DNA from: Pseudomonadota bacterium
GTDB lineage: Bacteria > Pseudomonadota > Gammaproteobacteria > Steroidobacterales > Steroidobacteraceae
Assembly: GCA_023433465.1 (NCBI GenBank)
Contig: JAEZCR010000026.1
Location: 4,989 to 68,988, forward strand
DNA length: 64,000 nt
Reading direction: 5' to 3'
The position numbers were made by a program, and so were the translations under genes. Shown here in pieces: positions 10,565-19,933 of this stretch; within the stretch, counting starts at the first letter, position 1, and each line of letters begins with the position of its first letter. The notes beneath the pieces were generated by a model. It saw only the letters and a program-made list of their open reading frames with translations. It was not told where the DNA came from and searched no databases.

Positions 10565-12226
10565 GTGCCCGCGCCAGCAAACGCCCCCGCCTGGGCCGCC
10601 GAGCTCGCGCTCGCATACGAGAGCGGCGCGTCGAGCCAGTTCATCCTGTTCGGCAACGTGCACGACCGGCTCGCGGTCGGCTCGACGCTCGTCGATCTCG
10701 CCGACTACCTCGAGAACACGCTGCTCGAGCGCTTCGACGTCGTGTTGTCGTACGACCTCGGCAACGGGCTGCTGTTCGAACGCGGCGGCAGCGTCGTCGA
10801 GAAATGGCAGGGCGCCGAGCTGCGCAACCGCATGCGCGAGCCCCTGCAGGCGATCCAGTGGATAGGCAGCTACGCGCGCTACCTCGGCAACCTGCGCACC
10901 CTTGGTATCAGTGGGGGCAGCAAGGAACGCGTGCCGAACGTCGCCGTCATCCTGCGCGGCGTCGACCACATCGTGCCCGCGGACGGTTCGGGCTTCGAGC
11001 ACGGCAGCCTCACGAGCATGTTGCGTGCGTGGGCGAGCGAAGCGCCGTTCCGCGACCTGCCCTTCGCGAGCATTCTCATCGCCGACAACCTCAACGACGT
11101 CGAGCCGCAGGTCGCGACCGCCGCGCACGCGACGCGCATTCGCGTGCCGCTGCCCGACGCACCCGCGCTCGGACGCGCGCTCGACATCCTTTCGCGTGGT
11201 TCGCCGAAAGCGTTCGCGCCCGGCGCGAAGCTCGATGAGCTCGCTGGCGCGCTCGCCGGCGTCACCGTGTCGAGCCTCGAAAGCCTGGTGAAGACCCGGC
11301 ACCACGAAGGCAAACCGATCGGCGACGCGGATCTCTCGCGCATCAAGAAGGAACTGGTCGAGCGCGACTCCGCGGGACTCATCGAGTTCATCGACCCGAA
11401 GCGCTCGCTCGCCGACTACCACGGGCAGGAGGCGCTCAAGACCTGGCTGCGCCAGGACATCGCGCTGTGGCGCGCGGGCGATCTCAAGGCCCTGCCCATG
11501 GGCTATCTACTCTGCGGGCCGGTCGGTACCGGCAAGACTTTCCTGGTCGAATGCCTCGCGGGCGAAGCCGGCGTGCCGGTCGTCAAGCTCAAGAATTTCC
11601 GCGACCGCTGGGTGGGTTCTTCCGAAGGCAATCTCGAAAAGATCTTCCGGCTCATACGGGCGCTCGGCCGCTGCATGGTGTTCATCGACGAGGCCGATCA
11701 GACGCTCGGCAAGCGCGACTCCGGAGCCAACGACTCGGGCCTCTCGGGCCGCATCTACTCGATGATCGCCCAGGAGATGTCGGACAGTGGCAATCGCGGC
11801 CGCGTGTTGTGGCTGCTGGCCTCGTCGCGCCCCGATCTCATCGAAGTCGATCTCAAGCGTCCCGGCCGCGTCGACGTGAAAGTGCCGCTGCTGCCCACCA
11901 GCACGCCCGCCGAAAGCGCGCAGCTGATCGGCACGCTCGCGAAACGTTACGGCCTCGCGCTGGAACCCGCGGATTTCGCGCGCCTCGAAGGACGCATGCC
12001 CACGCTGCTCACGCCCGGCGCCGCGGAGGCGCTCGTGGTCAAGGCCTACCGGCATTCGAAGACGCAGAACGTGCCCGGCGCCGCCGCGCTCGAGGCCAGC
12101 CTCGAGGGCTACCAGAATCCAGTGCCCGCCGACGTGCTCGATTTCCAGATGCGCATCGCCATTCGCGAGGCCACCGATCTGGGGTTCGTGCCGCCCGCGT
12201 TCCGCGCGATGGCCCAGGCGACGTGA
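10565..12226 (+). CDS. Classic-clade AAA+ ATPase with an unknown ~290-aa N-terminal region
   Basis: GTG start with GGGAGG 7 nt upstream. Walker A GPVGTGKT, Walker B MVFIDEAD, and second region of homology ASSRPDLIEVDLKRPGRVD (Vps4/katanin/FtsH-like single AAA cassette). Confidence 0.85.
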   Translation: MPAPANAPAWAAELALAYESGASSQFILFGNVHDRLAVGSTLVDLADYLENTLLERFDVVLSYDLGNGLLFERGGSVVEKWQGAELRNRMREPLQAIQWIGSYARYLGNLRTLGISGGSKERVPNVAVILRGVDHIVPADGSGFEHGSLTSMLRAWASEAPFRDLPFASILIADNLNDVEPQVATAAHATRIRVPLPDAPALGRALDILSRGSPKAFAPGAKLDELAGALAGVTVSSLESLVKTRHHEGKPIGDADLSRIKKELVERDSAGLIEFIDPKRSLADYHGQEALKTWLRQDIALWRAGDLKALPMGYLLCGPVGTGKTFLVECLAGEAGVPVVKLKNFRDRWVGSSEGNLEKIFRLIRALGRCMVFIDEADQTLGKRDSGANDSGLSGRIYSMIAQEMSDSGNRGRVLWLLASSRPDLIEVDLKRPGRVDVKVPLLPTSTPAESAQLIGTLAKRYGLALEPADFARLEGRMPTLLTPGAAEALVVKAYRHSKTQNVPGAAALEASLEGYQNPVPADVLDFQMRIAIREATDLGFVPPAFRAMAQAT

Positions 12227-12230
12227 TGTC

Positions 12231-13097
12231 ATGACGGACAAGCCGTCCTATCTGTCGAAGGCGTTCAACGCCCGGCCGTTCGGAATGCCGATCCCGCCCA
12301 ACTGGTTCGGCCTCGCGGCGTTCGGTTTCATGGGCGCGTTCGTTCATCCGGGAATCTGGCTCATCGGCCTCGGGCTCGAAGGCATCTACCTCTGGGCGCT
12401 GTCGCGGAACACGCGTTTCCGCAAGGTCGTCGACGCCGAGGCGGGGTTCACCGACAGCACGTCGCGCTACGAATCGCTCCTCGCGCACCTCGATTCCTCC
12501 GCGCAATCGCGCCAGTACGAGATCGAGCGCGAAGCCGCGGAGATCGTCGCGCTGCTGCAGCGGGCGCCCGCTTCCGGCTCGCAGGTCGGCGACATCCGTC
12601 AGATGGCCTGGCTGCACCTCAAACTACTTGCGGCGCGCGCCTCGTTCATCGAGGTGATCGAGGCCGCGGACCGCGAGCGCAGGAAGCTCGACGAAGAAGA
12701 GACCCGCGCCCGCAAGCGCCTCGCCTCCCCCGACACCGATGAAGAACTGCGCCGCAGCCTCGAGCAGCAGCTCGCGGTCATACAGTCACGCTACGCCGCG
12801 CATCGCGACGCGAAGCGCCGCCTCGAGCTCGTGGACGCGGAACTCGGCCGGTTGCGGCAGCAGGTTTCGCTGGTGCGCGAGCAGGCTCTGCTCGCGACCG
12901 ACGAGAACACAATGGCGCAGTCGCTCGATGCCGTGACCGCCTCGCTCAACGAGGCGAATCGCTGGCTCAAGGATCAGCGCGAATTGTTCGCGGGCATCGA
13001 CACATTTACCGACGAACCACCGCCCGCGGACCTGTTGGCGTCGCGGCGCGCGGGCTCGCACTCGGGCAAGAGCGCCAGGAAGAGAGAACTGGAGTGA
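12231..13097 (+). CDS. Two-TM membrane protein with a long cytoplasmic coiled coil
   Basis: Hydrophobic segments FGLAAFGFMGAFV and GIWLIGLGLEGIYLWAL are followed by a charged heptad-like region. It starts 4 nt after the AAA+ stop. Confidence 0.55.
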   Translation: MTDKPSYLSKAFNARPFGMPIPPNWFGLAAFGFMGAFVHPGIWLIGLGLEGIYLWALSRNTRFRKVVDAEAGFTDSTSRYESLLAHLDSSAQSRQYEIEREAAEIVALLQRAPASGSQVGDIRQMAWLHLKLLAARASFIEVIEAADRERRKLDEEETRARKRLASPDTDEELRRSLEQQLAVIQSRYAAHRDAKRRLELVDAELGRLRQQVSLVREQALLATDENTMAQSLDAVTASLNEANRWLKDQRELFAGIDTFTDEPPPADLLASRRAGSHSGKSARKRELE

Positions 13098-13123
13098 GCT
13101 GCACGTTCACCGGAGGAGCAACC

Positions 13124-14827
13124 ATGCTTTCGATTCGTCAACGCGGCTCGGCCGCCGGCAACATCATCACGCTTGTGTTGTTGTTGGGTCTCGTCGGTCT
13201 GGGCGCCTGGCTGTGGCTGGGCAAGAAAGGCACCGAGAGCTCCCCGGACAGTTCGCGCTCCGCGACGAGCGCCCAGCAGTCCGCCCGGTCCTCCGGCATC
13301 GCGGCGCCCGAAGGCGAAGCGCCCGAGCCCATCGAGCCCGTCACGGGCACGCCAACTCTCGAAGCCGCAAACACCTTCGTGCCGAAGGACAACACGCTGC
13401 GCATCGACATCAGCGAATACGCGGGATACGGCGGTCTCATCGTCGCGAACGGCGGCCTCGAGGCGAACGAGAACTCGTTCTTCTTCAAGGAATACGGCTT
13501 CAAGGTCGCGATCTCGATGAGCGAGAGCGAGACCTGGGGACCGCTCAACAATGGCCGGCTCGCGGCGACCGCGACGACGGTGGACGCACTCGCGGTGCTC
13601 GGCCGGCAGTTCGACGCGATCGTGCCGATCCAGCTCGGGTTCTCGCGCGGCGCGGACATGGTGGTCGTCGATCGCGGCATTGCATCGGTGAACGCGCTCG
13701 CGGGCAAGACGCTTGCCGCCTCGCAGTTCAACGAGAGCGAATTCTTCATCCGTTATCTCTCGCAGGAGGCCGGCGTGCCGGTCACGGTGCTGCGCGACCT
13801 CGACTCCAAGCCGGCGCCGGGTAGTTTGGGCCTCGTGTTCTACGAGGACGCGTTCGTCGCCTGCGACGCGTACCAGCACGAGCTCGCGAGCGGCGACAAT
13901 CGTCTCAACGGCTGCGTGGGCTGGACACCCAAGACGAACGAGGTGGTCGAGGCGTCGAACGGCGCCGCCAAGGTCCTCGTCTCGAACCGCAACCTGCTCG
14001 TGATCGCCGACGTGCTCGCCGTGAACAAGGGCTTCGCGCAGGCGAATCCGAAAATGGTCCAGGGCCTCGTGCACGGCATTCTCGAAGGCAACCGCCGCCT
14101 GCGCGACACCCCGGCCGAGCACATCGGAGTGGTCGCGAAGGCGTTCAAGTGGACCGAGGAAGAAACGCGCGACGAGCTCGCGCACGTGCATCTTTCGAAC
14201 CTGCCCGAGAACCGCGCGTTCTTCGCCGGCACCATCGATTCGGCGGGATCGTTCGGCGGCATCTTCCAGTCGTCGGTGCTCGCGTACGGGTCGGTCATCA
14301 AAAACCCGACGGATCCGTCGCGCTTCCTGGACACGAGCGCGCTCGACGCACTCGCCAAGCGCGGCCTGTTCGCCGATCAGAAGATCGCGATCGCGCCGAT
14401 CCGCACCGCGACGCAGGCTTCGCTCGAGGGCGATCCGCTGCTCAGCAAGGACATCCGCTTCTACTTCGAACCGAACTCGGCGACGCTGGACCGTGGCAAG
14501 GCGGAGAACCAGGAGTATCTGCAGACGATCAAGCGCTTCCTGCAGGTGAGCCCGGGCTCGACCGTGCTGCTGCGCGGCCACGTCGACAACGCACGCGTGA
14601 ACGAATTCAAGCAGCAGGGCGGCGATCAGCTCGTGCAGAGCATGGCGCTGAAGGCGATGGAGCTGTCACGCCAGCGCGCGCTCGCGGTGAGCGCGGCGCT
14701 GCTCGAGAAATTCCCGGACATCGACAAGACGCGCGTCGAGGCCGTGGGTCGCGGGTGGGAGGAGCCGACCAGCACCGACAGCGCGCAAAACCGCCGCGTC
14801 GAAGTCCAGTGGTTCACCATTGAGTAA
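13124..14827 (+). CDS. Membrane-anchored periplasmic substrate-binding (NMT1/ABC SBP-like) domain fused to a C-terminal OmpA-like peptidoglycan-binding domain
   Basis: ATG preceded by GGAGGA. N-terminal anchor IITLVLLLGLVGLGAWLWL. C-terminal OmpA-like LLRGHVDN...LSRQRALAVSAAL...GRGWEEP...AQNRRVEVQW. Confidence 0.7.
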   Translation: MLSIRQRGSAAGNIITLVLLLGLVGLGAWLWLGKKGTESSPDSSRSATSAQQSARSSGIAAPEGEAPEPIEPVTGTPTLEAANTFVPKDNTLRIDISEYAGYGGLIVANGGLEANENSFFFKEYGFKVAISMSESETWGPLNNGRLAATATTVDALAVLGRQFDAIVPIQLGFSRGADMVVVDRGIASVNALAGKTLAASQFNESEFFIRYLSQEAGVPVTVLRDLDSKPAPGSLGLVFYEDAFVACDAYQHELASGDNRLNGCVGWTPKTNEVVEASNGAAKVLVSNRNLLVIADVLAVNKGFAQANPKMVQGLVHGILEGNRRLRDTPAEHIGVVAKAFKWTEEETRDELAHVHLSNLPENRAFFAGTIDSAGSFGGIFQSSVLAYGSVIKNPTDPSRFLDTSALDALAKRGLFADQKIAIAPIRTATQASLEGDPLLSKDIRFYFEPNSATLDRGKAENQEYLQTIKRFLQVSPGSTVLLRGHVDNARVNEFKQQGGDQLVQSMALKAMELSRQRALAVSAALLEKFPDIDKTRVEAVGRGWEEPTSTDSAQNRRVEVQWFTIE

Positions 14828-14829
14828 AA

Positions 14830-14909
14830 GGGGGCAGCCCCCGTTTCCCAGCAAAAGGGGTCAGTCCTGGAGGGCTGACCCCTTTTGCTAGGAAAGGGGG
14901 GCTGCCCCC
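14830..14909. repeat. Nested palindromic extragenic element, copy 2 (bidirectional terminator position)
   Basis: Arms GGGGGCAGCCCCCGTTTCCCAGCAAAAGGGGTCAG (14830-14864) and CTGACCCCTTTTGCTAGGAAAGGGGGGCTGCCCCC (14875-14909). The family is the same as copy 1 with a shorter central spacer. It sits between convergent genes. Confidence 0.85.
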
Positions 14910-14915
14910 TTACAC

Positions 14916-15662
14916 CTACAGCAGGCGTTGGTAGTTGGGGGGGACGGCCTGTAGAACCTGGACGCCCAGGAAGTTAGGGAGGTCGTCGGGTGGCCAGGGT
15001 GGGTTCGGGCTCTTGCTGGGATCGCGCGGATGCGACTCGGGGGACAGCAGAACTTCGCGGCCGATCGGGTAGCTCTCGCAGGTGCCGCCGCCGAAGTATT
15101 CGATCGAATCGCGCACGTCCTTCCAGCCCTGCGCGGTAAGACGTCCGCGGTTCCAGGGCTTGCGGTGTACGAGGATCGCGTTGCTGCGCGCGACGTCGAT
15201 CTCGACGAGCACGCCCGGCGACTCGCGCAGCATGCGCATCGTGTCGTCCATCCAGCCGTCGCGCGGCTCGGCCCACGTCACCTTGGCGATGCGTTGCTGC
15301 CAATGCGCGATGCGCTCGGGCATGGCGTCGCCGGCGCCGCGGCACGACGCGATCGCCCCGTCGATCACGTGCGATCTCACCGCCGGCTCCGGCAGCGCGT
15401 ACCACAACGTGCCGAGCCCGAGCGTGGCGCAGCAAGTCGCGAGGATGTGGAAACGGAAAGTGTCGCCGAACGGCAGGATCCGGAACAGGAAGCCCAACAC
15501 GAGCCCCGCGATCGCACCGCCAGGACCCGTGATCAGGATGCCCAGAAGCGGACCCTGGTTCGCGTCGGGATTGAGCACGATCGGGCCCAGGAACCCGGCC
15601 ACCCCACCCGTCAGCCCGAGGGCCAGGGCCCAGAAAACCGGCGAACGTAACGTCTCGCGCAT
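14916..15662 (-). CDS. Membrane protein, function unknown
   Basis: N-terminal hydrophobic helices (VFWALALGLTGGVAGFLGPIV, LLGILITGPGGAIAGLVLGFLF, ILATCCATLGLGTLWY) followed by a soluble domain. No recognisable motif. Confidence 0.5.
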   Translation of the reverse strand: MRETLRSPVFWALALGLTGGVAGFLGPIVLNPDANQGPLLGILITGPGGAIAGLVLGFLFRILPFGDTFRFHILATCCATLGLGTLWYALPEPAVRSHVIDGAIASCRGAGDAMPERIAHWQQRIAKVTWAEPRDGWMDDTMRMLRESPGVLVEIDVARSNAILVHRKPWNRGRLTAQGWKDVRDSIEYFGGGTCESYPIGREVLLSPESHPRDPSKSPNPPWPPDDLPNFLGVQVLQAVPPNYQRLL

Positions 15663-15901
15663 CCCCGGGATGCTCCCCCCGCCGGCACGCGCGAGCCGCT
15701 ACGCAGATCACGTTTTGCGCAAAGCCCCGCCCTTTTTCGCGTGCCGGGCCGCCAGCTCGAGCTCCTTCACTAACAACCCGAAAGTTTCCTCCAGGGCCGC
15801 ACCCGCGGCCCGCAGGCCAGCGATGCCCACATCGAATCGAGGGGCCCGCCGCCGGCCCGAAGCCGATGACGGATCCCGCGGTCGACGACGAACTCAGAAC
15901 G

Positions 15902-16753
15902 TCATTGCTTGCTGCAGTGCCCGACCAGCGTCTGCGAAGCGGGCTTGCGATGCAGGCGCACGTCGTTGCGGGAAACCGCGTTCCAACCGTCGTTGGTCTT
16001 GAAGCTGGCGTCGCACGGCTTCTTGAGCGCGATGGTGCCCACGAACCTGCTGCGGCGATAGCTGCCGTCCGAGCGACGGGTCACGTCGTAGACGTAGCGG
16101 CTGTCGGTGACGAGCGAGGTGGACGGCGGTGGATTGGTCGGCGGCGGCGGCTCCGTCGGCGGTGGCGGCTCCGTCGGCGGAGGAGTCGTCGCGGTTACGG
16201 TGATCGTCGTGCTGGCGGACGCCGTGGCGGGAGAAACCGCATGCTGCACGACGTTGCTGTTGCCGGATTCGCGGTTTCGCGAGTTGACGGCGCGCACGGC
16301 GAAATACCAGGTGCCCGGCGTCAACGCGGTGACGGTGGCGCTGCGCGCGGTGACGTCGTTGACGGCGAGAGTGCGATCGAGCGTCGCGGCGCTCGAGCCG
16401 TATAAGATCCGGAAGCCGGTGAGATCGTTGATCACGGTGCCGTCCGTGTTCGTTACCGGGGCGTTCCAGCTCAGCCGGGCGCGGTCCCCGCCCCAGCTGC
16501 AGGTGAGCGTGTAGTTAGTCGTGGCGCTGATCGCCGGCAGCGTCTGCGTGCCGGAGGCGGCCTTGGCGCCCGTCCATCCGCCACTTGCGGTGCAGCTCTC
16601 GGCCGCCGGATTCGTGGACCAGGTCAGCACAGGAGTGACGCTCCCGGTGCCGGAAGACTGGCTCGCCCGCAAGGTGACGACACCCGACGTCTGGGCATGC
16701 GCCGCCGCCGCGGCCAGCATCGCCAGCCCGAATACGATTCTCCTGTTGATCAT
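15902..16753 (-). CDS. Secreted protein with Ig/FN3-like domains and a proline-rich linker
   Basis: Signal peptide MINRRIVFGLAMLAAAAAHAQ. FN3-like segment LSWNAPVTNTDGTVINDLTGFRILYG...TPGTWYFAVRAVN. Linker PPPTEPPPPTEPPPPTNPPP. Confidence 0.6.
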   Translation of the reverse strand: MINRRIVFGLAMLAAAAAHAQTSGVVTLRASQSSGTGSVTPVLTWSTNPAAESCTASGGWTGAKAASGTQTLPAISATTNYTLTCSWGGDRARLSWNAPVTNTDGTVINDLTGFRILYGSSAATLDRTLAVNDVTARSATVTALTPGTWYFAVRAVNSRNRESGNSNVVQHAVSPATASASTTITVTATTPPPTEPPPPTEPPPPTNPPPSTSLVTDSRYVYDVTRRSDGSYRRSRFVGTIALKKPCDASFKTNDGWNAVSRNDVRLHRKPASQTLVGHCSKQ

Positions 16754-16951
16754 CTCGTCCCCCGCTGAAAATGCTGGGGATGAGATTCATCGATCGGCCC
16801 TTACTGGTTCGATCGACGCGCTGAATCTGCTGCGCCCGGCCGAGTGGCTCCGCTCGGCGACAGGACGGGTGCGTGGCGGAAGGAAAAGTACGAACTCGCG
16901 TGCGAGTCGCGAATATGCGTCGGTCACGGCGCGATTTTCTGGGGATTCCCT

Positions 16952-17374
16952 TCAGTGATGGGCGGGTTCGGATATTTCCTTGAGCGCGCCGCCCGCTTTT
17001 TGCGCGACCGCCTGGCTGACGTCGCCGAGCGACACGACTCCGACGAGCTGGCGTTCGGCGTCGAGCACCGGCAACCGCCGCACCTGCTGCTCGCCCATGA
17101 CCTCGAGCGCCTCCTCGACGTTCTGGTCTTCATAGCAATACAGCACCTGCGGCGACATCACGTCGCGCGCACGCAGTCCATTGAGCGCCGATCCGTCGGC
17201 CACGGCGCGCACCACGATGTCGCGGTCGGTGACCATGCCGACCAGCTTGTCCCGGTCGGCGATCGGGACCGATCCGATGTCGTAATCGCGCATCACGCGG
17301 GCGATTTCGGACAGGCGCGCGTCGGGGGGCAGGACGGCGACCACCTTGGTCATGATTTCCTGGACTTTCATCAC
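16952..17374 (-). CDS. CBS-domain pair protein
   Basis: Two CBS repeats (VQEIMTKVVAVLPPDARL...GSVPIADRDKLVGMVTDRDI and DVMSPQVLYC...RRLPVLDAERQLVGVVSLGDV). Confidence 0.85.
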   Translation of the reverse strand: MMKVQEIMTKVVAVLPPDARLSEIARVMRDYDIGSVPIADRDKLVGMVTDRDIVVRAVADGSALNGLRARDVMSPQVLYCYEDQNVEEALEVMGEQQVRRLPVLDAERQLVGVVSLGDVSQAVAQKAGGALKEISEPAHH

Positions 17375-17511
17375 GGACTCCCGGTCGGGGCGGCGTGCTA
17401 GGTAGCGTGCGTGACCGCCCGTGGCCGCGCTGTCGGATGAATGTGGCCGGGGCTTTAGGAAATCGTGAAGTCGTGCAAAATGCGCACACCCATGCAGGGG
17501 GGTTGGAAAAA

Positions 17512-19479
17512 ATGAAGTTCGTTCATGCGCTCGTGGCCGCCATGGCCACGGGCGGAGTCGTATGCGCGGCTCCGCCGGTTTCGACGTTCACGAGTTATCC
17601 GAAGATGCAGTCGGTGAAGATCTCGCCGACCGGAAAGTACCTGGCGCTCACCGCGCGCACCGGGGAAACCGAGCTCATCACCGTGCTGAACACGGCCGAC
17701 GCCAAGATCGTCGCGAGCGACTCGTTCGGCAAGGACATGGGCATCGAACTATTCGACTGGGCGAACGACACCCGCCTGCTCATCCAACCCGCGCGCCGCT
17801 TCATCGGCACGACGGCCTACTTCGCGCCGACCGGCGAGATCATCGTGCTCGACGTCGAGAAGCGGAAGTCGGACCTGCTGTTCAGCTACCGCAAGGGCGG
17901 CCAGGGCCTCGGCACGTTGACCCGCGAGCGCGCCACCGGCCAGGTCAACGCGCGGATCGTCGACCTCACGCCGAATGATCCCGATACGGTGCTGATCCAG
18001 ACACGGTCGTATTCATATGAAGGCGACTCCAACTCGCTGCAGCGTCTTAACATCAGGAACGGGAACGTGACGCGCATCGCGGGCTCGCCGGTGCAGGAAG
18101 CGAACTACATCACGAGCACGAAGAACGAGCCGCTCTTCGTGACAGGATTCAATTCCAAGGGCGAGCTGCAGACCTACCAGTTCAAGCCCGAAGACAGGAC
18201 GTGGCGCCTGCTCACGACGCGCGAGCGGCGCACGGGATACATCTGGCCGTTCGAGGATACGGCGAACCCCGACGAATTCCTGGCGCTCGATTCGGTATCC
18301 CAGCCGAATACCTCACTGATCAGCTGGAATCCCGTCACGGACGAGCGGCACCTGCTCTTCAAGCCCGACATCGGCGAGCTCGGTATCGTGGGCATCGACG
18401 CCGAAAGCAAGGTCTGGGGGTACACCTACGACGATCACACGCCGCAATACTGGTACCCCGATCCGGAACACCCGCTGGCGCGCGCGCATCGCGCGCTGCG
18501 CGCGACGTTCAAGGACGCCAACATCTCGTTCACCAGCATGACGCGCGACATGTCGCTCGCGATCGCCGAGGTGAGCGCGCCGAAGATTCCGCCGACGTTC
18601 TATCTAATGGACGTCAAGGCGCTGAAGTTCCTGCAGAAGATGCCCTCCCGGCCGGATCTGAAGCCCGAGGACCTCTCGCAGACGGATCCGTTCGAGGTCG
18701 TGGTGCGCGACGGCACGAAGATCCGCGGATTCATCACGACGCCGGTCGGCACCAACGGCAAGTCGCTGCCCATGATCGTCGTGGTCCACGGCGGCCCGCA
18801 CGGACCTTACGACCGCTACGATTTCGACGAGGAGATCCAGCTGCTCGCGTCCCGTGGATACGCGGTGCTTCAGGTGAACTTCCGCGGCTCGGGTGGACGC
18901 GGCCTCGAATTCGAGAAATCGGGCTACGGCAAGTGGGGCCGCGAAATGCAGGACGACATCACCGACGCGGTGAAGTGGGTGATCGGCGCCGGCATCGCGG
19001 ACCGCGAGCGCATCTGCATCTACGGCGCCAGTTATGGCGGCTTTGCGGCGCTGACGGGCATCTATCGCGAGCCCGACATGTTCAAGTGCGCGATCGGAAT
19101 GGCCGGTGTCTACGACCTGCCCCTGATGTTCGACAAGGGCGACATCCAGACGCTGGAGCGCGGGGTCAACTATCTGCGCGAGGCCGTCGGCACGGACGCG
19201 GAAGACATGCGGCAGCGTTCACCCGTCACCCACGCGGACAAGATGAAGGCCGCGGTCATGCTCATTCATGGCAAGGACGACGAGCGCGCGCCGTTCGAGC
19301 ACGCGCTGCGGATGCGCGCCGCGCTCACGAAGGCGGGCAAACCACCGGAGTGGATCAGCGAGGGCCGCGAAGGTCACGGCATCTTCGACGAGGCGAGCCG
19401 CACGCAGGTGTACGAAAAAATGCTCGACTTCTTCGCGAAACACATCGGCCTGCCGCCGACGACTTCCGCGAAGAACTGA
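17512..19479 (+). CDS. S9-family serine peptidase (prolyl oligopeptidase/dipeptidyl-peptidase type)
   Basis: Signal peptide MKFVHALVAAMATGGVVCAAP, a beta-propeller-like N-terminal half, nucleophile elbow GASYGGFAA, and later HGKDDERAP and EGHGI. Confidence 0.85.
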   Translation: MKFVHALVAAMATGGVVCAAPPVSTFTSYPKMQSVKISPTGKYLALTARTGETELITVLNTADAKIVASDSFGKDMGIELFDWANDTRLLIQPARRFIGTTAYFAPTGEIIVLDVEKRKSDLLFSYRKGGQGLGTLTRERATGQVNARIVDLTPNDPDTVLIQTRSYSYEGDSNSLQRLNIRNGNVTRIAGSPVQEANYITSTKNEPLFVTGFNSKGELQTYQFKPEDRTWRLLTTRERRTGYIWPFEDTANPDEFLALDSVSQPNTSLISWNPVTDERHLLFKPDIGELGIVGIDAESKVWGYTYDDHTPQYWYPDPEHPLARAHRALRATFKDANISFTSMTRDMSLAIAEVSAPKIPPTFYLMDVKALKFLQKMPSRPDLKPEDLSQTDPFEVVVRDGTKIRGFITTPVGTNGKSLPMIVVVHGGPHGPYDRYDFDEEIQLLASRGYAVLQVNFRGSGGRGLEFEKSGYGKWGREMQDDITDAVKWVIGAGIADRERICIYGASYGGFAALTGIYREPDMFKCAIGMAGVYDLPLMFDKGDIQTLERGVNYLREAVGTDAEDMRQRSPVTHADKMKAAVMLIHGKDDERAPFEHALRMRAALTKAGKPPEWISEGREGHGIFDEASRTQVYEKMLDFFAKHIGLPPTTSAKN

Positions 19480-19504
19480 GAAGAAAAGCCGAGAGCGATA
19501 GTGC

Positions 19505-19882
19505 CTATCCTCGGCCCTGGGTCGTCTTCCAGTATTTCTTCAGGCGGTCGCGGGTCTCGGCGCGCATCTTGCGCCATTCGATCACCTGCGCGGGCGTGAG
19601 CACGGATTCAACCTGCGTGTTGAACATTTCCTGCTCCTGTTGCGCGTACTTGACGACCGAACGCTTCTCGGAGCGTGAATCCAGGTTCGTGAGCCTCGTG
19701 CGCGTCTCCTGAAGCTCGCCCTTGCGGCGGACGAGCATGGGTTCGATCAGCGCCTCCTGCTCGGCCGTGAGGCCGAGACGCGTGCTCATGGCCTCGAGCG
19801 CCGGCATGGGCTGCTGATCCTCCGCGGCGGCCAAACCACCCGCGAGCAGCAGATACAGTCCGACGCCAGCAGCCAGGGTTCT
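19505..19882 (-). CDS. Small periplasmic helical protein (Spy/CpxP-like at best)
   Basis: Signal peptide MRTLAAGVGLYLLLAGGLAAA followed by a charged helical region with LTAEQ/LTPAQ repeats. Family assignment is weak. Confidence 0.45.
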   Translation of the reverse strand, partial: RTLAAGVGLYLLLAGGLAAAEDQQPMPALEAMSTRLGLTAEQEALIEPMLVRRKGELQETRTRLTNLDSRSEKRSVVKYAQQEQEMFNTQVESVLTPAQVIEWRKMRAETRDRLKKYWKTTQGRG

Positions 19883-19933
19883 CATGACGGGACGATGCAA
19901 GACCTCGCCCTCGCGTCCAATCGGACGATGGAC

